The position numbers and the translations under genes are program-made. Below, piece by piece: positions 54,340 through 62,004 of a stretch of DNA of 63,177 nt; position 1 is the stretch's first letter, and every line of letters starts with the position of its first letter. Where the stretch lies: NCBI GenBank assembly GCA_043806135.1, contig JAZDHG010000073.1:1-63177 (forward strand), written 5' to 3'. The notes under the pieces are model-generated. The model was given only the letters and a program-made list of their open reading frames with translations, did no database searches and was not told the DNA's origin. This DNA is from Candidatus Omnitrophota bacterium (GTDB lineage Bacteria; Omnitrophota; Gorgyraeia; B26-G9).

Positions 54340-55929
54340 ATGAATATTAAGAAACAAAAGCTTGAATTAACTTGGATTGGCAAAGATGAACAAATAAATC
54401 TTGAGCCGCGTATATTGATTGAAGATCCAGTAAAATCATATGGTGATAAGAGTGCTGAGAATATGCTTATATATGGGGATAATCTTTTAGCGCTTAAGGC
54501 ATTAGAACAAGATTATTCGAATCGAATAAAATGTGTTTATATCGATCCTCCGTACAATACCGGCTCTGCGTTTGAGAGTTATGATGATGGTATCGAGCAT
54601 TCTTTGTGGTTAAGTTTAATGCGATCTAGGCTTGAAGTTTTATATAAGTTATTATCAACGGAGGGCATTATTTACATTCAGATTGATGACAGAGAGCAGG
54701 CGTACTTGAAAGTTTTATGTGATGGAATATTTGGTCGAAAGAATTTTGTTTGTACATTTATATGGAAAGCACGAAGCGGTCAAGGGAATACTGTAGGCCA
54801 TATAGCGGAATTTCATGAGTATATTTTATGTTATGCAAAGGATATAACTAAAATCTCGTTCAAAAAGATTAAAAATGTCGCTAAACAAGGGAATTACGAA
54901 GATGAGATAAGTTTTTACAAAAGAGAGCAATTGAGGCAATGGGGACAGGGTGATAGACGAGAAGATAGGCCGACAATGTTTTATTCAGTTATGGCTCCTG
55001 ATGGCAAAGAAATATATCCGAAGAGACCCGATGGGTCAGAAGGTAGATGGAGATGCAGCAAAGAAAAGATGGCTGAACATTTAGGCAATAACGATGTCGA
55101 TTTCGTGAAGGATAATGATGGTGATTGGAATTGCTATAAAAAAATACGTGCAGGACGAATTACTTATTCAGCATATGGAACATTGCTAGACGATTTTGGA
55201 ACAGCTTCTAATGGGACCAAAGAACTAAAAGAACTATTTGAAGGGAATAAAGTCTTTGAAACTCCTAAACCGGAAGCGTTGGTTGCACACTTAATAAATT
55301 TAGTTTCTGATGAAGGAGATATCGTATTAGATTCATTTGCTGGCTCAGGGACAACAGGAGCTGTTAGCCACAAAATGAAGAGAAGTTGGATTATGGTCGA
55401 ATTACATAATCATTGTCACACAGTCATTATCCCAAGATTGAGAAAAGTTTGTGACGGCGCGGATAAGGGCGGGGTCTCTACAGCTTTAGCTTGGAAAGGT
55501 GGAGGTGGGTTCAAATTTTATGAACTAGCTCCAAGCCTTCTAAAAAAAGACAAGTATGATAACTGGATAATTGAGGAAAAATACAATGCGACCATGTTAG
55601 CAGCTACAATGACAAAACATGAAGGCTTCAAATATTGCCCTGATGAACAAATTTATTGGAAACAGGGACAATCAACAGAAAAAGATTTCATATTTACAAC
55701 TACACAATTCGTCACTGTAGAGTTTTTGGATAAGATAAATGAAGAAATGAAGAACGAAGAAAGCCTTCTAATCTGTGCTAAGTCTTTTCAAAAAGCATGT
55801 AATGATCGATATCCGCAAATAACTGTTAAGAAAATACCCCAGATGTTGCTTGGCAGATGTGAATTTGGGAAAGAAGATTACAAATTAAACATAATAGACC
55901 TACCTGAGGAGGGCGAAGGAGATGAATAA
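54340..55929 (+). CDS. Type III Mod-like N6/N4 DNA methyltransferase, paralog 2 (different TRD)
   Basis: CVYIDPPYNTG and LDSFAGSGTTG are present. The N- and C-terminal thirds are near-identical in protein to paralog 1, and the central ~230 aa are unrelated. ATG at 54340 with RBS gaaggagg. Confidence 0.9.
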   Translation: MNIKKQKLELTWIGKDEQINLEPRILIEDPVKSYGDKSAENMLIYGDNLLALKALEQDYSNRIKCVYIDPPYNTGSAFESYDDGIEHSLWLSLMRSRLEVLYKLLSTEGIIYIQIDDREQAYLKVLCDGIFGRKNFVCTFIWKARSGQGNTVGHIAEFHEYILCYAKDITKISFKKIKNVAKQGNYEDEISFYKREQLRQWGQGDRREDRPTMFYSVMAPDGKEIYPKRPDGSEGRWRCSKEKMAEHLGNNDVDFVKDNDGDWNCYKKIRAGRITYSAYGTLLDDFGTASNGTKELKELFEGNKVFETPKPEALVAHLINLVSDEGDIVLDSFAGSGTTGAVSHKMKRSWIMVELHNHCHTVIIPRLRKVCDGADKGGVSTALAWKGGGGFKFYELAPSLLKKDKYDNWIIEEKYNATMLAATMTKHEGFKYCPDEQIYWKQGQSTEKDFIFTTTQFVTVEFLDKINEEMKNEESLLICAKSFQKACNDRYPQITVKKIPQMLLGRCEFGKEDYKLNIIDLPEEGEGDE

Positions 55930-58597
55930 AATAGCAACCGCCATTAGAAATCGCTTGAGTTTACGGCCTCCACAGACAGATAGTTTGAATATATTAGCTG
56001 ATCTCGCTGATAAATTGACTCTTCAAAAGAATTCAAATCTTCATGAAGCGCTTCAAAAGGTCAAGAGCGCTTATCCTATATGCTCTGATTTTGAAAGAGA
56101 TTTTCCATCCATTTGTTTTGCAATCGCTACCGGTGTAGGCAAAACCAGACTAATGGGAGCGTTTATCGCTTATCTCTATTTAGAAAAGGGGATAAAGAAC
56201 TTCTTTGTTTTGGCTCCTAATTTAACTATTTATAACAAATTAATCACTGATTTTTCCAATCCAGCGCATCCTAAGTATGTGTTTCAAGGCATTGGAGAAT
56301 TTGTTAATAATCGACCACGCATTATTACCGGTGAAAATTATCACGAGGCACGACAGTTAACTATTTTTGAATCAGAAGTTCATATTAATGTCTTTAATAT
56401 ATCCAAGATTAATGCTGAAACTCGGGGCAATAACGCTGTTCGTATAAAGAGGCTATCTGAATACATTGGAGATTCCTATTTCAATTATTTATCCAATCTA
56501 AAAGACTTGGTTTTGCTCATGGATGAATCTCATCATTATCGTGCGGATAGAGGAATGCAGGTTATTAACGAGTTGAATCCGATATTAGGCTTAGAGCTAA
56601 CGGCAACTCCTCAGGTAGAACGTGCTGGCGGAGCTATAAAATTCAAGAATGTTGTTTATGAGTATTCATTATCAAAAGCTATTATAGATGGGTTTGTAAA
56701 AGAACCCGCGGTAGCAACGCGGAAGAATTTCGATCCTAGTCATTATTCAATAGATGAATTAGATCAGCTTAAATTAGAAGATGGTGTTCGTATTCATGAA
56801 GATACTAAGGTCGCTTTAGATATTTATGCGAGGGACAAGAAAACTCAGTTAGTTAAGCCATTTGTGCTTGTTGTCGCAAAAGATACTACACATGCAGGAA
56901 AGCTTATGGAATTAATTTCTTCCAAAGCCTTTTTTGATGGATATTATGCGGATAAAGTAATGGAGATTCACTCCAACCAACGTGGAGAAGAAAAAGACGA
57001 AAACATTGCTCAATTATTGTCTTTAGAAGATTCCAATAACAAGATAGAAATAGTTATTCATGTCAACATGCTTAAAGAAGGATGGGATGTTACAAATTTA
57101 TATACAATTATTCCACTTCGAACAGCAGCATCGATGACTTTAAGGGAACAGACGATTGGTAGAGGGTTAAGATTGCCGTATGGAAAACGAACAGGTACGG
57201 ATAAAATCGATAAGCTTACAATTGTTGCCCATGATAGATTCCAAGAGATTATTGAGGAAGCAAATAAACCGGGATCAATTATTCGAAGAGAAAATGTTAT
57301 TGAAATTGATACTGAAGATTTAAGTCAGCCAAAAGAGGTAATGACCTCAACTTCGAACTTAGAGCAAGAAATTGCTGAAGAAGAAAAGCGCATTGAAGGG
57401 ATAATAAACCCAGAGGAAAAACACCAGGCAATACTTAATAATAAAGCAAAAGAGACTATAGTAGAAATGTTGCCGGAGTTAAGTGGTTCTGTAAGCAGTA
57501 TTCATCAACTTAATAAGACTGAAATCAAAGAGATTGCTATCCAAAAGATAAAGGAAAAAATATTAAGTGCTCCACAGCCTGATTTATTTGCAGGAGACAT
57601 GATTAAAGAAATAGAAGCGGTGTATGAGACGATAGTTAACAGTTTTGTAAAGAATGTTATTGAAATACCACGTATTATTATTCAGCAAAGTGACAAGGTG
57701 CTATCTGGCTTTAAGAATTTTAACCTTGAGGTTGGCAGCTTGAATTATCAGCCAGTATCAGAGGAAATATTAGTAAAAAAGCTTAGAGAACAGGATAATG
57801 CGTATGACACGATTATTGGTGGCGGGAAAATTGCAATTGATCATCCTGAAAGAATAATTGTCAATGAACTTATTAATGCTCCAGAGGTCGAATATGATAA
57901 GCACGCAGATTTACTCTTTAAGCTGGCAAATCAGGCTATCGATAAGTTCAAAACCTATTTGGATTCAGAAAAAATAATCAATGTTGTTCAGTATCATAAA
58001 CGTGAAATAGGCCGGTTTATTCACTCTCAACTTATGGAGCATTTCTATTTTGAAGCCCCGGAGTTTGAGAAGCCTATTATAAAGCCATTTTCAAAAATAG
58101 AAGAACATAACTTTTCTAAGTACACAAAGGACAAGATCCATCATTTCACAGATACTATTACTCCAACAAATTCTATTCCAACTAAGGTGTTTAGTGGTTT
58201 TCAAAAAGCATGTCACACATTCTATAAATTTGATTCAAAAACAGAGAAGGATTTTGCAATTATTTCAGAAAATGATACCGATGTATTAAAGTGGCTCAGG
58301 CCAGCCCAAAGTCAATTCAATATTTACTGGAAGCATAATTCTCGGCAATATACTCCAGATTTTGTTGTTGAAACCCAAGATTCAATTTATATGGTTGAGA
58401 CCAAAAAAGAAGGAGATATTGAGACATCTGACGTTCAGGCCAAGTCTAAAGCGGCGTTAGAATATTGTAAAAATGCAACTAAATTTACAACAGAACATGA
58501 TGGAAAGCCTTGGAAGTATGTATTGATCCCCCATAATGCTGTTCTAATTAATATGGGGTTTAGCACTCTAATGAGCAGATTTGCTTATGGATCCTAA
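55922..58597 (+). CDS. Type III restriction enzyme Res-like subunit (SF2 helicase + C-terminal PD-(D/E)xK nuclease)
   Basis: Walker A IATGVGKTRLMG, DEAH-like LLMDESHHY and the nuclease motif YTPDFVV..MVETKK (58349-58405) are present. Its start overlaps the mod2 stop by 8 nt. Confidence 0.9.
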   Translation: MNKIATAIRNRLSLRPPQTDSLNILADLADKLTLQKNSNLHEALQKVKSAYPICSDFERDFPSICFAIATGVGKTRLMGAFIAYLYLEKGIKNFFVLAPNLTIYNKLITDFSNPAHPKYVFQGIGEFVNNRPRIITGENYHEARQLTIFESEVHINVFNISKINAETRGNNAVRIKRLSEYIGDSYFNYLSNLKDLVLLMDESHHYRADRGMQVINELNPILGLELTATPQVERAGGAIKFKNVVYEYSLSKAIIDGFVKEPAVATRKNFDPSHYSIDELDQLKLEDGVRIHEDTKVALDIYARDKKTQLVKPFVLVVAKDTTHAGKLMELISSKAFFDGYYADKVMEIHSNQRGEEKDENIAQLLSLEDSNNKIEIVIHVNMLKEGWDVTNLYTIIPLRTAASMTLREQTIGRGLRLPYGKRTGTDKIDKLTIVAHDRFQEIIEEANKPGSIIRRENVIEIDTEDLSQPKEVMTSTSNLEQEIAEEEKRIEGIINPEEKHQAILNNKAKETIVEMLPELSGSVSSIHQLNKTEIKEIAIQKIKEKILSAPQPDLFAGDMIKEIEAVYETIVNSFVKNVIEIPRIIIQQSDKVLSGFKNFNLEVGSLNYQPVSEEILVKKLREQDNAYDTIIGGGKIAIDHPERIIVNELINAPEVEYDKHADLLFKLANQAIDKFKTYLDSEKIINVVQYHKREIGRFIHSQLMEHFYFEAPEFEKPIIKPFSKIEEHNFSKYTKDKIHHFTDTITPTNSIPTKVFSGFQKACHTFYKFDSKTEKDFAIISENDTDVLKWLRPAQSQFNIYWKHNSRQYTPDFVVETQDSIYMVETKKEGDIETSDVQAKSKAALEYCKNATKFTTEHDGKPWKYVLIPHNAVLINMGFSTLMSRFAYGS

Positions 58598-58679
58598 CTT
58601 AGCTAAAGATTTTGAAGAAGTTATTTTTCAGGAGAAGCAGTATTTTAAACGGATTGAAACTGCGGAGCACTCGTAAGAA

Positions 58680-60968
58680 ATGGCATTGAAGAAGATAAAA
58701 TATATTAATAATATTGATGCTTTTGATTCCTTTAGCTGGGATGCGGAGGATTGTAAGAGGTTCAACCTGATTTATGGATGGAATGGGTCAGGAAAAACTA
58801 CCTTATCTAGGATTCTAAACTTCCTTGAGCGGAAAACAATTCATATTCCAGAGCTTAAGGCTATTGATTTTACAGTTTATGCGGATGAGGGCATGGTCAA
58901 AAAACAAGATGTGGAAACAAACTCCCAGAATATTCGCGTCTTCAATGAAGATTTTATTAACGAGAATCTCACGTTTGATTCCTCAAAAGCCAAGAAAATC
59001 ATCATTGTTGGGAAAGACAACATTGATGCCAAGAAGAAGCTGTCTGAGTTGGAGGGTAATTTAAAGACGAAAGAAGGCGAGATATCCGCGCTGGAAGACC
59101 AGCTTCCAAAAGTCGGAAAACTGGATTTGATTCTAAAAGATGCAGGAAGTGAAGTCCCAAAACAATTTGGTAATACACCTCTGGCAAATGACCAATATTA
59201 TGGACGAAGTTATAACAGGAGTAAAGTTGAGGCACGCATAAGCAATGGTATAGTGAGCGAAAGCAATTTGTCGTCATTAATTATTTCCGATCCTGCAGGA
59301 ATTGAAGCAAAGAAAGAAATTGTAAGAAGCGAGAAAAAGAAAATCGATTTGGTTTTAAAGGAGATTTCTGATTTCTCGAAGCTGTTCCAAGGCGCGAATG
59401 AATTGCTGGGTGTTATTGTTTGTTTTGAGAATATAACCGAGCTTGAAAGTGATAGGCTGCTAAGAGACTGGACTGAAGTCGGATATCGTTTGCATAAGGA
59501 TAGAAAACTGGATTCATGTAAATTCTGCGGCAATACCTTGCCCAAAAGTCGGATGGATCGATTGGGAAAATTTTTTACTGATGAGCTTCAGAAAGTCAAA
59601 GAACAAATTGATATGACCGTTCAATCATTGGGCTTTGATTCAAGCGAGCTTGAGGTTAACCTCGATTCGAGCGCGTTATTTCCGGAACTCGCTAAGGAAT
59701 ATATTGGACTGCATTCTACTATTAAAGACTCAGGTAAAATCCTGCTTGATAAAATTCGATCTTTGCGAGAGAGCCTTATAAGTAAAAAAAGTAATCTTCA
59801 TGAATCTACCAAGAAATTCCAAAGCGTTGTGTTCCCGAAAGAGTCTTTTGATGGCATTAACGCGGCAATAAAAAGAATAAATGCCATTGTTGTCCAGCAT
59901 AATGCTCGGATTGATGTTATTGAAAGTGAAATCAAGCAGGCGGCCGAAGCAATTGAATTACACATAATTGCAACTACCTTGTCCAGCAGGGAGTATTTTA
60001 CTAAAAAGAGGGAGGCGGTAGAACTTGAGGCAAAGATAAGTATTCTTAAAAGTGATCGCGCTAGCTTGCTCGAACAAATCAATACTCTCAAAGCTAAATT
60101 ACACAATGCTTCAGATGCCTTAAATAAAATAAATCAAATTCTAAAAGACTTCTTTGGTGAATCGTATATTTTTCTTGAAATTTTTGAGCTTGCAGATGGC
60201 GGGGTTGGATATGCGCTTAAACGGCGTGGTAAAGAGACAAAGCATTTAAGTGAGGGGGAAAAGAGCATTTTAGCTCTTGTGTATTTTCTTGTTAAACTTG
60301 AGGAAGATGGATTTGATAAAAGTAAGGCCATTGTTGTTATTGATGATCCGGTGGATAGTCAGGATGGAAATTTCTTGTTTCGGACTTATGGGTTTTTAAA
60401 GCGATATTTGAAAGCTGTGCATCAGCTTATTATCCTAACGCACAACTACGAGTTTTTTAATCTGATCAGAGATTGGTTGTGCGAGCAGAGATTTTGCGAT
60501 GAATCGCATTTATTCATTATAAATCGGATAGGCGTTGAGGGGAAACAGGTCGTCAATATCGAAAACTTACCTATTCTGCTTAAAGAGTATAAAACAGAGT
60601 ACCATTATTTGTGTTGTAGGCTATTCCAATATGTTAATGACACTAGTCTGATTGATGCCCCATTGGTGGCGAACATTGGTCGGAAGGTATTGGAAAATTT
60701 TGCCTCGTTTAAGTGGTCTTGTAAAAGCACAGAACAATTCGCTAATATCATCCTTAACAGGTTTGTTAATAGCGATGATCATTTAAAAAAAGCTACGGGT
60801 GATTTTGTCTTAAAATTTTTACATGAATACTCGCATGGGAGAGATTTCTCGCGAGCAATATCAGCATCAGCGCTTGAATCAAAAGCTATCGCTAAAAATG
60901 TTCTTGAATTCATTAGATTTGCTGATAAAGATCACTACGATCATTTAAAAGGCTTGTGCTCTTACTAA
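58680..60968 (+). CDS. AAA_13-family ATPase, RloC/PrrC-like candidate anticodon nuclease
   Basis: Walker A GWNGSGKTT, a long coiled-coil insert with CKFC (59517-59528), the signature LSEGEKS and Walker B VVIDDPVDSQD are present. The C-terminal region has R-x3-E (60681-60695) and downstream His residues. Confidence 0.75.
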   Translation: MALKKIKYINNIDAFDSFSWDAEDCKRFNLIYGWNGSGKTTLSRILNFLERKTIHIPELKAIDFTVYADEGMVKKQDVETNSQNIRVFNEDFINENLTFDSSKAKKIIIVGKDNIDAKKKLSELEGNLKTKEGEISALEDQLPKVGKLDLILKDAGSEVPKQFGNTPLANDQYYGRSYNRSKVEARISNGIVSESNLSSLIISDPAGIEAKKEIVRSEKKKIDLVLKEISDFSKLFQGANELLGVIVCFENITELESDRLLRDWTEVGYRLHKDRKLDSCKFCGNTLPKSRMDRLGKFFTDELQKVKEQIDMTVQSLGFDSSELEVNLDSSALFPELAKEYIGLHSTIKDSGKILLDKIRSLRESLISKKSNLHESTKKFQSVVFPKESFDGINAAIKRINAIVVQHNARIDVIESEIKQAAEAIELHIIATTLSSREYFTKKREAVELEAKISILKSDRASLLEQINTLKAKLHNASDALNKINQILKDFFGESYIFLEIFELADGGVGYALKRRGKETKHLSEGEKSILALVYFLVKLEEDGFDKSKAIVVIDDPVDSQDGNFLFRTYGFLKRYLKAVHQLIILTHNYEFFNLIRDWLCEQRFCDESHLFIINRIGVEGKQVVNIENLPILLKEYKTEYHYLCCRLFQYVNDTSLIDAPLVANIGRKVLENFASFKWSCKSTEQFANIILNRFVNSDDHLKKATGDFVLKFLHEYSHGRDFSRAISASALESKAIAKNVLEFIRFADKDHYDHLKGLCSY

Positions 60969-61032
60969 AGTGAACCAAAATCTGTGTTTTAAAAGTACTG
61001 CGTAGTGATAAGAGAAAACAAGTGAGGACTTT

Positions 61033-62004
61033 TTGTTATCGAGCATATTCAAAAATAACGCTATATTAAAAACAAGAGCACTGGATGGAGATTTTTTAAA
61101 ATCACTGTCTTCCGGTGAATTAAAATATTTATTGGCTGAAATCAAAAGAGATAATGAATTGTGTCTGTGTTTCAGGGGGACGTATGTAAATGTTTATTAT
61201 AAGGGAGGAAGCTTATTTAAGATCCAAAGAAACAGTGGATATTGCAAAATTATTTTTGATTTTAACTATGCTAGATATACAAAAGATTTTACGCAGCGTC
61301 TTGGTGCGTTGCAGGAATTAGGATTTAGGTATTTTATAAGTAAAGATGCAAAACACAGAAAGATCATTTGCAAGTATCCTCAAGAGAATAAAGCGGGTGC
61401 TTATTTTTGGCAAGAATCCATAAGATTATTAAAGGGCTTAATTGATGATTTTTCTGACATGGAAAAGACGGACAACTTATTTAGCAGTAATACTAAAAGA
61501 AAGAAAAAGGATAATTTAGAAAAACAAAGACAGCAAGAAATAATGCTGGCGAATAGTATGCTTGACGGTGAATATTTTATCTATGACATGGAATATGATC
61601 AACCGCGCAATTCTTCCAAGGAAGAGAAGAGCGGAAGGTTTGATATGCTTGCGTTGCGCCGAGTAACAAGTGGATGTTACAGCCTGGTCTTTATTGAGTT
61701 AAAAAGCACAAAGGAAGCGTGTAAGGGAGTAAGCGGGATAGGAAAACATTATAATGATTTAAAAAAATATATTTCTATTGAGAATATTATAAATACTCGA
61801 AGAGAAGATGCAAAAGCTATTTGTAAACAATATTTCAATTTGGGGCTAATCAGAATGGGGGAGATAATAATTGATAAAGAAGAGATACTTTTTGTTTTTA
61901 CTGATGAGGCAATAAAATATGCTCAGGAAATTAAAAACCCGCTTGAGAAGTGTATTTTGTCGTCCGAAGATTTAAGGCTGAAGTTTAATAATGGGATATT
62001 ATGA
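61033..62004 (+). CDS. Hypothetical protein with a PD-(D/E)xK-like motif
   Basis: GRFDMLAL..(18 aa)..FIELKS gives D at 61642 and ExK at 61696-61704. The start is a TTG and is uncertain. Its stop overlaps the ATG of the next gene (ATGA). Confidence 0.45.
   Translation: MLSSIFKNNAILKTRALDGDFLKSLSSGELKYLLAEIKRDNELCLCFRGTYVNVYYKGGSLFKIQRNSGYCKIIFDFNYARYTKDFTQRLGALQELGFRYFISKDAKHRKIICKYPQENKAGAYFWQESIRLLKGLIDDFSDMEKTDNLFSSNTKRKKKDNLEKQRQQEIMLANSMLDGEYFIYDMEYDQPRNSSKEEKSGRFDMLALRRVTSGCYSLVFIELKSTKEACKGVSGIGKHYNDLKKYISIENIINTRREDAKAICKQYFNLGLIRMGEIIIDKEEILFVFTDEAIKYAQEIKNPLEKCILSSEDLRLKFNNGIL

Noticed and set aside
58587-58676. A 29-codon ORF (MDPNLAKDFEEVIFQEKQYFKRIETAEHS) bridging the Res stop and the AAA_13 start.
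   Set aside because: There is no RBS, it is very short, and there is no homology signal. It could be real (a coupling peptide or a remnant), but it is unsupported from sequence alone.
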